24,000 nt of DNA from Candidatus Omnitrophota bacterium (GTDB lineage: Bacteria; Omnitrophota; Gorgyraeia; Duberdicusellales; 4484-171). The notes beneath the pieces are model-generated. The model did not search any database and was not told where the DNA came from. It was given only the letters and a program-made list of their open reading frames with translations. Shown one piece after another: positions 1 to 8,664 of the stretch. Both the position numbers and the translations under genes were made by a program. The stretch's first letter is position 1. Each line of letters starts with the position of its first letter. Location: NCBI GenBank assembly GCA_023134705.1, contig JAGLUN010000003.1, positions 1-24,000 on the forward strand, given 5' to 3'.

Positions 1-514
1 ATCGCGTATCCAGGTGTTTTTCAAACGCATTTTTCCGGTTAAGCTTAGGAAGCAGACTAAACCTCTTCCACAAATTCACTCTATCAATAAAAACTACCCC
101 GTTTATATGATCGATTTCATGCTGAAATACTACAGACAGGATGCCTTCCGCCTCTATATCTAAAGGGTCCCCTTCCTCATCTAAAGCAGATACCCAGACT
201 TTCCTTCCTCTTTTTATTTCAAGAGTTAACCCGGGGAAGCTTAAACAACCTTCTTCGAATTTTATTGCTCCTTCTTTTTTAATTATCCGGGGATTTACCA
301 GTCTAAATATTTTGTCCCTTACTTCTATGACAATTAATGATAAATCCAAACCTACCTGATTTGCTGCTAAACCTATACCCTGGCTTTTTTTCATAAGGCG
401 ATACATTTCATCAAAAGTATTCTTTATCTGGTAATCAAACTTTTCTACCCTGTTGCAGCTTTTTTTTAAAATTTTATCGGGCCAGGTATGTATTTTTAAT
501 CCGGTTTTTCTCAT
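1..514 (-). CDS. def: Peptide deformylase, C-terminus truncated by the window edge
   Basis: Reverse-strand reading from ATG at 514: MRKTGLKIHTWPDKILKKSCNRV...GIGLAANQVG...EGCLSLPGV...VFQHEIDHINGVVFIDRV. The three classic Def motifs (GxGLAAxQ, EGCLS, QHExDHxxG) are present. Open to position 1, so absent from the supplied ORF track. Confidence 0.93.
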   Translation of the reverse strand, partial: MRKTGLKIHTWPDKILKKSCNRVEKFDYQIKNTFDEMYRLMKKSQGIGLAANQVGLDLSLIVIEVRDKIFRLVNPRIIKKEGAIKFEEGCLSFPGLTLEIKRGRKVWVSALDEEGDPLDIEAEGILSVVFQHEIDHINGVVFIDRVNLWKRFSLLPKLNRKNAFEKHLDTR

Positions 515-839
515 CGAGTTCGACAAATTTTGTTTTTAAGTTTTTAATCTCTTCCTCCGAATATATTCCGTAGGAAAGAATTATTAATTTATCCCCTTTA
601 AATCCGAGTCTCGCAGCCGGGCCGTTCAGACAGATTACACCGCGATTCTTGCTTCCTTTTATCACGTAAGTTTCAAATCTTGAACCATTGTTTAAATTTA
701 AAACTTCTACTTTTTCTCCCTCCAGCAGATCCGCCTCTTTAATTATAGCTTCATCAATAGTAATACTTCCCTTGTAATAAAGCTTTGCTTCAGTTACCGT
801 GGCATAATAAAGCTTGGATTTCAACATTATCCGCATCAT
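474..839 (-). CDS. panD: Aspartate 1-decarboxylase
   Basis: 121 aa; MLKSKLYYATVTEAKLYYKGSITIDEAIIKEADLLEGEKVEVLNLNNGSRFETYVIKG matches PanD, including the Gly-Ser self-cleavage site (KGS) that yields the pyruvoyl group. Confidence 0.95.
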   Translation of the reverse strand: MMRIMLKSKLYYATVTEAKLYYKGSITIDEAIIKEADLLEGEKVEVLNLNNGSRFETYVIKGSKNRGVICLNGPAARLGFKGDKLIILSYGIYSEEEIKNLKTKFVELDEKNRIKNTYLAR

Positions 840-1948
840 TAATTTCTAACCTTCCTTTTGCCTTTTGAATCTCTGACAAGATTATAACTAAGAGCAGCTA
901 TCATAAGTTCTTCATCCGTAGGGATAACCAGAATCCTCGTTTTTCCGGGTATGACTTTGCGTAAATCCTTTTTTATACGGTCGATTGTTTCAACGCTGTT
1001 TTCCCCAATCCCCGCGGTAAAACATATCGCATCGGCTCCTCCTAAGATAAACCAGTAACTTCCGATATATTTCTCTATCCGGTAAATAAACATTTCTAAA
1101 GCAAGCTGCGCACGTTTATTGCCTTTGCGGATCTGATTTTTTATGACTCTGAGATCATTACTTACCCCCGAGATGCCTAATAATCCGCTTTTTTTATTTA
1201 AAACCATATCCGCCTGTCCGGGAGTTAACTTTTCTTTTTCCATAATATAAAGAACAACCGCGCAATCTATATCCCCGCAGCGTGTACCCATCATCAATCC
1301 TTCCAAAGGAGTAAATCCCATAGAGGTATCTACGGAACGCCCTTTTTTTATCGCGGTAATACTACATCCGTTTCCTAAATGACAAGTGATTAAATTTAAT
1401 TTATTCAAAGGCTTTTTTAAAATTTCCGATGCTCTTTTTGCTACGAATTGATGAGAGCTCCCGTGAAATCCATATCTTCGTATTTTGTAATTCTTATAAT
1501 ATTTAACAGGAATAGCATACATATAAGCATACTCAGGAATAGTTTGATGGAAAGCGGTATCAAAAACTGCTATTTGGCAAACACCTTTTAAGACTTTCGA
1601 ACAGGCCTTTATACCCTCTAAATTCGCCGGATTATGCAAGGGAGCCAACTTAGTGCATTCTTCTAATTTTCTTATCACTTCCTTATTGATAAAATGAGGC
1701 TCTCTAAACGTCTCTGCTCCATGCACCACTCTATGCCCGATTACTTCAATTTCTTTTAAACTAGTAACGCTTCTATTCTTAATAAGATTTTCAAAAACTT
1801 TTTTTACCCCTTGCGTATGAGTAGAAATAGAAGAATTTTTTTCTCCGATTCTCTCGATTAATCCTTTATCGATTAAATGTCCTTTAGGGAAAAAATAAAG
1901 TTTATATTTTATCGAAGAACTGCCACAGTTAATAATAAGAATTTTCAT
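839..1948 (-). CDS. ackA: Acetate kinase
   Basis: 369 aa; start MKILIINCGSSSIKYKLY, plus HRVVHGAE, FDTAFHQT, RYGFHGSSHQFV, LGNGCSITAI, MGFTPLEGLMMGTRCGDID, FTAGIGENS. Confidence 0.97.
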   Translation of the reverse strand: MKILIINCGSSSIKYKLYFFPKGHLIDKGLIERIGEKNSSISTHTQGVKKVFENLIKNRSVTSLKEIEVIGHRVVHGAETFREPHFINKEVIRKLEECTKLAPLHNPANLEGIKACSKVLKGVCQIAVFDTAFHQTIPEYAYMYAIPVKYYKNYKIRRYGFHGSSHQFVAKRASEILKKPLNKLNLITCHLGNGCSITAIKKGRSVDTSMGFTPLEGLMMGTRCGDIDCAVVLYIMEKEKLTPGQADMVLNKKSGLLGISGVSNDLRVIKNQIRKGNKRAQLALEMFIYRIEKYIGSYWFILGGADAICFTAGIGENSVETIDRIKKDLRKVIPGKTRILVIPTDEELMIAALSYNLVRDSKGKRKVRN

Positions 1949-2883
1949 TTCTTCTGTGCTCTTATCACCGTAATCGCAGTGCAGTTAACTATATCTTCGG
2001 CAGAACACCCCCGGGACAAATCGCTACAAGGCCGCGAAGTTCCCAAGATTATAGGGCCTATTGCTTTTGCTTGCGCTAATCTCTCGGTGAGCTTATAACA
2101 AATGTTTCCGGCATCCAGATTAGGAAATATTAAAACATTGGCAGCCCCGGCTACATTACTTTGAGACACTTTTATTTTTGCTACCTCAGGAACGATTGCC
2201 GCGTCTGCCTGAAACTCTCCGTCAATAAGGAACTCGCTGTTTTTAGACTTCGCGATTGCTACAGCATCCCTGACTTTATCAATCCAGCGGCCTTCGGCGC
2301 TTGCTTTAGTGGAAAAACTTAAGAGGGCAACCCGCGGTTTAAATCCTAAAACCTTCTTGGCAAACTTTGCGCTTGAAATAGCGATTAACGCGAGCTGTTC
2401 ACTTGTAGGATAAGGAATTACTCCGCAATCAGCGTAAACAAAAGTACCCTTTTCTCCGTAGCTCGAATTAGGCACAACCATAATAAAACAGCTGGAGATA
2501 AGTCCGATTGATTTATCTATTTCCAAACAGTTTAAAGCCGCTCTTATAACTGAAGAAGTAGTAAAGGTGGCTCCGGCCACAAACCCGTCGGCAAAGCCTT
2601 CGGATACAAACATTGCTCCGTAATAAAGAGGATTTTCCATTAACTCTCGCGCTTCTTCAAAACTAACTCCTTTAGCCTTTCTCTTTTCGTAAAAAACACT
2701 GGCGAATTCTTCCTGTTTTGCGGAATCAATATTGTCAGGCGTTAAAAGTAAAGGAATTGCGATTTTCTCTTTTTTGATATATTCTACGGCTTTGACTACT
2801 CTCTTATCCTCCGGTTCAGGAAACACTATCTTTTTAGGATCTTTTCTCGCTTTAGTCCTGATACCTTCAATTATCTTAACCAT
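1945..2883 (-). CDS. pta: Phosphate acetyltransferase
   Basis: 312 aa PTA/PTB-type protein: KKIVFPEPEDKRVVKAV, YGAMFVSEGFADGFVAGA, LSFSTKASAEGRWIDKV, DGEFQADAAIVPEVA, NVLIFPNLDAGNICYKLTERLAQAKAIGPI. Overlaps ackA by 4 nt. Confidence 0.94.
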   Translation of the reverse strand: MVKIIEGIRTKARKDPKKIVFPEPEDKRVVKAVEYIKKEKIAIPLLLTPDNIDSAKQEEFASVFYEKRKAKGVSFEEARELMENPLYYGAMFVSEGFADGFVAGATFTTSSVIRAALNCLEIDKSIGLISSCFIMVVPNSSYGEKGTFVYADCGVIPYPTSEQLALIAISSAKFAKKVLGFKPRVALLSFSTKASAEGRWIDKVRDAVAIAKSKNSEFLIDGEFQADAAIVPEVAKIKVSQSNVAGAANVLIFPNLDAGNICYKLTERLAQAKAIGPIILGTSRPCSDLSRGCSAEDIVNCTAITVIRAQKK

Positions 2884-3008
2884 ACCTCCTCCTTTTATAA
2901 AGCTTTAAATTCATGCGAAGCCTCTTTTTAGCCTTCAAGTTTTAACCAACAATAGAAATTAATATTACCATAGATTTATTAAGCCTTCAACATTAAAATA
3001 ATATATAC

Positions 3009-3037
3009 TTGACTTTTTCTAATAAAAATATTATAAA
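3009..3037 (+). promoter_or_regulatory. Predicted sigma70-type promoter upstream of cheW
   Basis: TTGACT (3009-3014), 17-nt spacer, TATAAA (3032-3037). Gives a predicted 5' leader of about 230 nt before the cheW ATG. Confidence 0.6.
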
Positions 3038-3089
3038 TTTAGTATATAAGGTGAGATCGGATCATTGCAGGAAAACTTGATTGTATTCG

Positions 3090-3120
3090 GGCCTGCTTAC
3101 AGAAGGCAGGGCTGCTTTTT
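3090..3120 (+). terminator. GC-rich hairpin followed by a T-run inside the cheW leader (attenuator- or terminator-like)
   Basis: GCCTGC-ttacagaa-GGCAGGgc, then tgcttttt. Confidence 0.45.
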
Positions 3121-3150
3121 GTTAGTTGAGGGAGAACAGGTGACTCTATC

Positions 3151-3250
3151 TTACAAGTTTCTTTGCCGGGCAATTAAAATTAGCTCTGGTAATGATTTAT
3201 ATGTACCTGTCTTACAAAATAGCGGTATTTTATAATTTTCGGTAGGGCAG
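3151..3250 (+). repeat. Family A dispersed element, copy A1 (diverged)
   Basis: acaagtttctttgccgggcaattaaaattagctctggtaatgatttatatgtacctgtcttacaaaa...ttataattttcgg aligns with 7821-7930 and the reverse complement of 17128-17236. Confidence 0.75.
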
Positions 3251-3273
3251 AAAAATTTAAAAAGGAGAGAGCG

Positions 3274-3792
3274 ATGCATAACACAGAAACAGGGAAACAA
3301 GCAGAGATAATTCAATTAGTAGTTTTTCGACTTGGGGATGAAGAATTTGGAGTACAGATCAATAAAGTAAAAGAAATCGTACGGTTAATCCCTATAACCC
3401 CTATTCCCAAAGCTCCCAAATTCATCGAGGGCATAGTAAATTTAAGGGGAGAGATTTTAGCTGTAATAGACCTATCTAAAAGGTTAGACATCCCTTCTAA
3501 GCCGCGGTCGGAAAGGACAAGAATCGTCGTAATAGAAATCAACGAGAATATAGTAGGAATGATTGTGGACGAAGTAAGCGAAGTTTTGAATATCCCCCTC
3601 AGTAACATAGAAAAGACCCCTCAAGTTATAGAATCCGACATTAAGCAGAAGTATATTACAAGTGTGGGGAAATTAAAAGACAGGCTCTTAATACTTATTG
3701 ATTTAGCGGCCATTCTTTCTTTGAAAGAGGTTGAAGAGGTAAAAAACCTTGAAATAAAAAAAACAACTCCGGAAAAAAATTCTAAATCATAA
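3274..3792 (+). CDS. cheW: Chemotaxis coupling protein CheW
   Basis: 172 aa; VVFRLGDEEFGVQINKVKEIVRLIPITPIPKAPKFIEGIVNLRGEILAVIDLSKRL...IGMIVDEVSEVL is a full CheW domain. Ribosome-binding site aaaggagag upstream. Confidence 0.96.
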   Translation: MHNTETGKQAEIIQLVVFRLGDEEFGVQINKVKEIVRLIPITPIPKAPKFIEGIVNLRGEILAVIDLSKRLDIPSKPRSERTRIVVIEINENIVGMIVDEVSEVLNIPLSNIEKTPQVIESDIKQKYITSVGKLKDRLLILIDLAAILSLKEVEEVKNLEIKKTTPEKNSKS

Positions 3793-3891
3793 AAGAAAAA
3801 GGTTGAATTAGGCGCAGATCAAAATAAAGTAGCGGGAAACGAGGATCGAGGATTGAGGATCTAAAAAATTTTACTTTCCCTGCTTGACTTG

Positions 3892-4458
3892 CTACTCGTT
3901 ATTCTTGGAAAAGATTAAGCTCAACGCTTCCTGGCGTGTTTTATGGTTTGTTCTGAAAATTCCTCTTACCACACTGGTAACAGTTGAAGTTCCCGGTTTT
4001 TTTACGCCCCGCATAGACATACATAAATGTTCCGCCTCTACAATTACCATTACTCCTTTAGGTTTTAATTTTTTCATAAGCAGATCGGCAATCTCTGTGG
4101 TAAGACGTTCTTGGACTTGCAGCCTCTTCGATAAAACTTCAACTACTCTCGATATTTTACTTAAGCCGGTAATACGTTTATCAGGAATATAAGCCACGTG
4201 GGCTTTACCGATAAAAGGAAGCAAGTGATGTTCACACACCGAGTATAAAGAAATATTCCTTAAAAGGATTATTTCGTCATGTTTCTGCTCTAAAATAATT
4301 TCTAACTCCTTTTCCGGATTTCTCCCTTCTCCGCTTAATATCTCTTCATACATAAGAGCAACTCTCCGGGGAGTAGAAGCGATATCTTTCCTGTTTAAAT
4401 CCGCTCCCACTGCTTCTAAAATCATTTTTACTGCCTTTTCAATTTTCTTTTTATCCAC
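3892..4458 (-). CDS. folE: GTP cyclohydrolase I
   Basis: 188 aa; [78 protein letters not shown]. Confidence 0.97.
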   Translation of the reverse strand: MDKKKIEKAVKMILEAVGADLNRKDIASTPRRVALMYEEILSGEGRNPEKELEIILEQKHDEIILLRNISLYSVCEHHLLPFIGKAHVAYIPDKRITGLSKISRVVEVLSKRLQVQERLTTEIADLLMKKLKPKGVMVIVEAEHLCMSMRGVKKPGTSTVTSVVRGIFRTNHKTRQEALSLIFSKNNE

Positions 4459-4499
4459 TCTTCACCCTCCTTTAAGGATTTAACAAACACCTATCCGCG

Positions 4500-5966
4500 T
4501 TACTTTCCAATACAAAAATTACTGAATATGTCTTTTAATATGCTCTCATTAGTTACTTTCCCCGTCAGCTTTCCCAATTTATCTAAAGCTTCCTTTAAAG
4601 AAAAACTCAGGAAATCAATAGAATAGCCTTCAGTTAAATAATGAAGGGAATCGAACAAACAGGTAGAAACCTGCCCTAATATATCTTTTTGTTTCCGGGC
4701 CAAAAATAAAAACCTGTCTTTTTTATTTATTCCTTTTCTATATACACTTTTAAACATCTTTTCTTCTAACTCATTCAGCCCTATCCCTTTCAATGCGCTT
4801 AACTTTATCTTTGGTCTTTTGAAAAGATTCATTTTTCTAAACTCTATCTTCTTCTCCAAATCTATCTTGTTTATCACAACCAAAGTATTCTTCTTTTTTA
4901 CCTTTTCCCAAAGGAAAATATCATCTTTTTCTAAAGGCTGAGAATAACTTAAAAGCAATAAAATTATATCCGCCTCTTTAATTTTTTGGTAGGACTTTTC
5001 TAAGGCCTTCTTCTCTACAAAATCTCTGGGCTCCAAAATCCCCGCGGTATCATACATCCTTAAAGGGATACCTTTTATATTTATATTTTCTTCAATTACG
5101 TCTCTGGTTGTACCCGCGGTTTCTGCGACAATAGCTCTCTCTTTCTTAAGAAGACGGTTAAAAAGAGTGGATTTGCCTGTATTTGCTTTTCCGCATATTA
5201 CACAATTTATTCCTTCTCTTATAACATCCGCTTCTGCTGACGTTTTAATTAAATCATCTATATACTTTTTTGCTTTTCTAACCTCTCTCGTTATTTTCGC
5301 CGGAGAAATCTCTATTCCATTCTCGGGAAACTGAAGATCAGCCTCTACTTTTATAAAAATATCTTTCAACTTATTGTTAACTTTTACCAGATTTTCGGAA
5401 AATTCTCCTTTAAGTTGTCTTGACGCTAATAAAAGCGCTTCTTCTGTTTTAGCCTCCATAACCTCTAAAATGCCCTGAGCTTGAATTAGATCTATCCTCC
5501 CATTTATAAATGCTCGATAAGTGAATTCACCCGGATTAGCTAACCTTGCTCCCTGGCGTAAAATCAGGCCTAAAATTTTATTTATTACCAGCATCCCCCC
5601 GTGAGAAGACACCTCTACCACGTCCTCTTTTGTATAACTATAAGGAGCTTTCATCATACTAACTAATACTTCATCAACTATATTCCCGGCTTTTTCTCCA
5701 TAACTTCCTATTTGCTTTTTTTTGTTCTTAGATTGAGCCTTACCTTTTGAATTCCGTGTCCTATCTATAATCCATCCATAATGTAACGTATAAGACTTTA
5801 CTTTTTTAATTTCCTTATTCTTTTTCGGCATAAATATTCTATCCATAATATGCACGGCCTTTTTGCCGGAGATTTTAATAACCCCCAAAGCTGAACTGGC
5901 AGGAAAAGTAGCGATTGCTGCGATAGTATCGTTACTGCTATAATCTTTCAGTAAATCTTTATTCAT
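4500..5966 (-). CDS. mnmE: tRNA uridine-5-carboxymethylaminomethyl modification GTPase MnmE (TrmE)
   Basis: 488 aa; IAAIATFPASSALGVIKISG, SYTKEDVVEVSSHGG, GEFTYRAFINGRIDLIQAQ, GKANTGKSTLFNRLL, ETAGTTRDVIEE, DTAGI, C-terminal IFSNFCIGK. Confidence 0.97.
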   Translation of the reverse strand: MNKDLLKDYSSNDTIAAIATFPASSALGVIKISGKKAVHIMDRIFMPKKNKEIKKVKSYTLHYGWIIDRTRNSKGKAQSKNKKKQIGSYGEKAGNIVDEVLVSMMKAPYSYTKEDVVEVSSHGGMLVINKILGLILRQGARLANPGEFTYRAFINGRIDLIQAQGILEVMEAKTEEALLLASRQLKGEFSENLVKVNNKLKDIFIKVEADLQFPENGIEISPAKITREVRKAKKYIDDLIKTSAEADVIREGINCVICGKANTGKSTLFNRLLKKERAIVAETAGTTRDVIEENINIKGIPLRMYDTAGILEPRDFVEKKALEKSYQKIKEADIILLLLSYSQPLEKDDIFLWEKVKKKNTLVVINKIDLEKKIEFRKMNLFKRPKIKLSALKGIGLNELEEKMFKSVYRKGINKKDRFLFLARKQKDILGQVSTCLFDSLHYLTEGYSIDFLSFSLKEALDKLGKLTGKVTNESILKDIFSNFCIGK

Positions 5967-5968
5967 AC

Positions 5969-7678
5969 CTATCTTTTTATAAGCTTTTTTATTTCCGCTA
6001 TCAAGAAGAAAGAACCGGCTGCGAGGATTAAAGAATCCTTTTTATAAATCTCCAGCCCTAAATTTAAAGCTTCCTTAACGTTTTTTGCGGCAAAAGTCTT
6101 TTTTAATCCGATTCTTCGTTGCAAGTCATAACAGGATAAACTTCTGGGATTATTAAAAGCGGTGACGATTATATTCTTAAAATTTACTTTATTCAGCATA
6201 TTTTTTATATCTTTATCGTTCGAAGCTGCAAAAATCAAAATAATTTCCCTCCCGGGGAAATAAATATTTATTGTTTTACCTAAAGCGGAGAAAGACGATG
6301 GATTATGCGCAATATCCAAAATTATTAAAGGTTCCCTTTTCACGATTTCAAATCTCCCTTCGATAAAACTATTCTTAATCCCTTTTTTAAACTCCAGATT
6401 TTTATTTATAATCCCTTCTTTTTTAAGTATGGACAACCCTGCTAAAACTAAAGAGGCATTTTCTATCTGATGATGTCCTTTAAGTTTTAGTTTTAGATTG
6501 GATATCCTGACAGGCTTGGGACAAAATTCTGATTGATCCCGGCATTCTAGGGAAGGCCGAAGTTTTACTTTTGTTCTAAGGGTTCCAGCTGAATTACCGC
6601 GATTCCGGAAAAGATTGATGGCAAGAGGATGGAACATCTCAGGAGCATGCCCGCGGTACTCAGATATAACCGCCTTAGGCAGATTATCCGCTTTAAAGCA
6701 TGCCGCTTTAGTAACATCCGCCGCAGCAGCATTCTTCCCGCATTCTCCGCCAAAGGCGGATCCACCTCTGGCGGAATCCACGACCATGGCCGTGGTCTTC
6801 CCGCTAAAGGCAGGCCTTTTGGATCGCGAAGGCGGATAAAAATCAAAAACGGTAGACTGCCCATTTAATTTTACCTTACAAAAGTAAAAGTCTTTGCCCA
6901 AAATATACAGAGGGGCATTTAATTCCTTAGCTCTTTTTTTTATCTGCTCCAGAACTGAAGGCCTCTGGGAAGAACTAACTACGCTAATATTATTTTTTAT
7001 AACTCCTGCCTTTTCATAAGCAATGTCTTTCAAACCCTTACCCAGTGTTTGAGTATGATCATAACCAATATGAGTAATAATAGAAACTAAGGGGATTACC
7101 ACGTTAGTAGCGTCTAATCTCCCTCCTAGGCCAGTCTCTAACACCACGAAGTCTAAATTTTTTTCCCGAAAATATTTAAAGGCTATCGCGGTATAAATCT
7201 CGAAAAAAGTAAGTTTCCCATATCTTTTCGTAAATCTTAATCTTTCCAGAGACAACTTGAACTCCTCTACTATCTTCACCACATCCTTCTTAGCAATCAT
7301 ATAACTATAGATTGCAGGCTGATCTTTAACTCTCGTTTTCCTTGGTATCTCTTCTGCTCTCTGAACTCCTGTATCTCGCAGCTTATGCTTTGTAACTATT
7401 CTTATCCTTTCTCTAAAATCAAAAAAGTGCGGAGAAGTATATAAACCTACCTTATAGCCTGAATAAGCTAGGATGTAAGCACAAAACGTAGCACAGGACC
7501 CTTTACCTTTAGTTCCGGCAATATGTATTACTTTTAAATCCCGGTAAGATAGATTGAGAGTGCTCAATAATTTTTCTGTCCTCTTTAAATTTAAAGACTT
7601 TTTATACGGGAAAAAGCATTTTCGTTCGTAATCGATAAAGGAATCCAAATATTTTTTTACTTCACTATATTTGCTCAT
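5969..7678 (-). CDS. folC: Bifunctional folylpolyglutamate synthase/dihydrofolate synthase with two in-frame insertions
   Basis: 569 aa; IHIAGTKGKGSCATF, GLYTSPHFFDFRERIRI, ETGLGGRLDATNVV, SIITHIGYDHTQTLG, GHHQIENASLVLAGL, LDIAHNPSS. About 140 aa longer than a typical FolC because of extra segments at aa ~95-127 and ~282-390. Confidence 0.93.
   Translation of the reverse strand: MSKYSEVKKYLDSFIDYERKCFFPYKKSLNLKRTEKLLSTLNLSYRDLKVIHIAGTKGKGSCATFCAYILAYSGYKVGLYTSPHFFDFRERIRIVTKHKLRDTGVQRAEEIPRKTRVKDQPAIYSYMIAKKDVVKIVEEFKLSLERLRFTKRYGKLTFFEIYTAIAFKYFREKNLDFVVLETGLGGRLDATNVVIPLVSIITHIGYDHTQTLGKGLKDIAYEKAGVIKNNISVVSSSQRPSVLEQIKKRAKELNAPLYILGKDFYFCKVKLNGQSTVFDFYPPSRSKRPAFSGKTTAMVVDSARGGSAFGGECGKNAAAADVTKAACFKADNLPKAVISEYRGHAPEMFHPLAINLFRNRGNSAGTLRTKVKLRPSLECRDQSEFCPKPVRISNLKLKLKGHHQIENASLVLAGLSILKKEGIINKNLEFKKGIKNSFIEGRFEIVKREPLIILDIAHNPSSFSALGKTINIYFPGREIILIFAASNDKDIKNMLNKVNFKNIIVTAFNNPRSLSCYDLQRRIGLKKTFAAKNVKEALNLGLEIYKKDSLILAAGSFFLIAEIKKLIKR
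6509..6842 (-). repeat. Palindromic repeat-like DNA inserted in frame in folC
   Basis: Contains CCGCCAAAGGCGG and CCATGGCCGTGG palindromes. Its edge GCGAAGGCGGATAAAAA (6826-6842) recurs as GCGAAGGCGAATAAAAA at 8371-8387 in intergenic DNA. The encoded aa are absent from the expected FolC core. Confidence 0.7.
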
Positions 7679-7796
7679 ATCTTAACCCAGAAATCACGTC
7701 TGCATAAGAAAAGCGTTTATCCGCTTTCTACCCCTAACTGGCAGCAGACATAAAATAGATAATATTTTTTATAAGGAAACCAGGAAACTTCACGCA

Positions 7797-7930
7797 CCAA
7801 CGAAGTTGGTGCATTCAGGAGTTTTCCTTATGAAGTTCCTTGCCGGGCACTCAAAATTAGCGCTACTAATCATTTATATGTATGCGCTTTACAAAAGAAT
7901 TACTTTTTATAGTTTCTTATACGGCAAGAA
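7797..7930 (+). repeat. Family A dispersed element, copy A2 (core 7821-7930, preceded by an ACCAAC-gaa-GTTGGT hairpin)
   Basis: ttttccttatgaagttccttgccgggcactcaaaattagcgctactaatcatttatatgtatgcgctttacaaaagaattactttttatagtttcttatacggcaag; near-identical to the reverse complement of 17128-17236. Ends in complementary cttgccg/cggcaag. Confidence 0.85.
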
Positions 7931-7980
7931 ATCAGGAATTTTTTTCGTATATTACCCTCTTATTTTCTAATTTTATTTTT

Positions 7981-8105
7981 AACCACAAGATTTTCACGAG
8001 ATTCTCACAAGATTGATATGAAAATATAGTTTTTAAATCATAATTTTAAAAAAACGCGTTTGTCTGTGTCTTTTTTTCTGTGTAAATCTGTGAAATCTTG
8101 TGGTT
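7981..8105. repeat. Long-spaced inverted repeat (AACCACAAGATTTTCAC ... GTGAAATCTTGTGGTT)
   Basis: Left arm 7981-7997; right arm 8090-8105, complementary with a single 1-nt gap. Confidence 0.75.
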
Positions 8106-8490
8106 TAAATATTTTGTCCATCGGCGGATTCGGTGGTTGAGCACTTTATTAAGTATCCAGCGGAATCCTTTATCTTTTTCCTGTATTCCCGGCTTCCTTA
8201 TTTATTTTCTTCTTTTTCATTTTCTTCCATTCTATTTTTACAGTATCGACAGCAGACAGGCTAATTTGACAAAAAGACTCCCGGATTGAATCACATTAAA
8301 TGTTGCCCAAGCATGCCTTTTAAAGAGATTGTTTCAGCTAAAGGCTGATCCCTGTCCGCAGCAGACAGGTGCGAAGGCGAATAAAAAGGCGCTCTGGATA
8401 AAAAATACATGTGACTTTTGTTAGACAGGAAAAATGCTGCGCACTTTCCAGCCCGGAGCTGGTCTTCGATTAGTGCAATTTTTATTACCC

Positions 8491-8613
8491 AAAAAATGCA
8501 GTTGCATTTTTTTCCCATAGGGCCGCCTCCCAAATTTCCTTAGGGAGATTTGGGATTCTTTGGCGGGGTATGCCGAAAAAAATGCGCATCTTTTTATAAT
8601 TGCATTTTTTCGG
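8491..8613. repeat. Cluster of three strong hairpins in the folC-purH intergenic region
   Basis: AAAAAATGC-agtt-GCATTTTTT (8491-8512); CCCAAATTTCC-ttag-GGAGATTTGGG (8529-8554) enclosed by CCGCC/GGCGG (8523-8566); CCGAAAAAAATGC ... GCATTTTTTCGG (8573-8613). Confidence 0.75.
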
Positions 8614-8664
8614 CGCAACGCAACTATTTAGGTTACTGAGCGTTATGAGCATTCTGCCTTTTCA

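Noticed and set aside
141-359. ORF track + strand 72-aa protein
   Set aside because: Antisense to clear peptide deformylase coding sequence; no recognisable motif.
2930-3120. Possible known riboswitch (e.g. c-di-GMP-I) upstream of cheW
   Set aside because: I could not find the conserved GEMM motifs by eye; only a hairpin plus family A copy is supported. A Rfam scan would decide.
3312-3608. - strand 98-aa ORF
   Set aside because: Antisense shadow of cheW.
3884-4192. + strand 102-aa ORF
   Set aside because: Antisense to folE, which has unambiguous motifs.
6565-6868. Three overlapping ORFs (6565..6864, 6615..6839, 6629..6868)
   Set aside because: They arise from palindromic, GC-richer insertion DNA within folC; no independent coding evidence.
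8098-8618. ORFs 8098..8289, 8291..8533 and 8421..8618
   Set aside because: Located in hairpin and repeat sequence of the folC-purH spacer; low-complexity translations and no domain signal.
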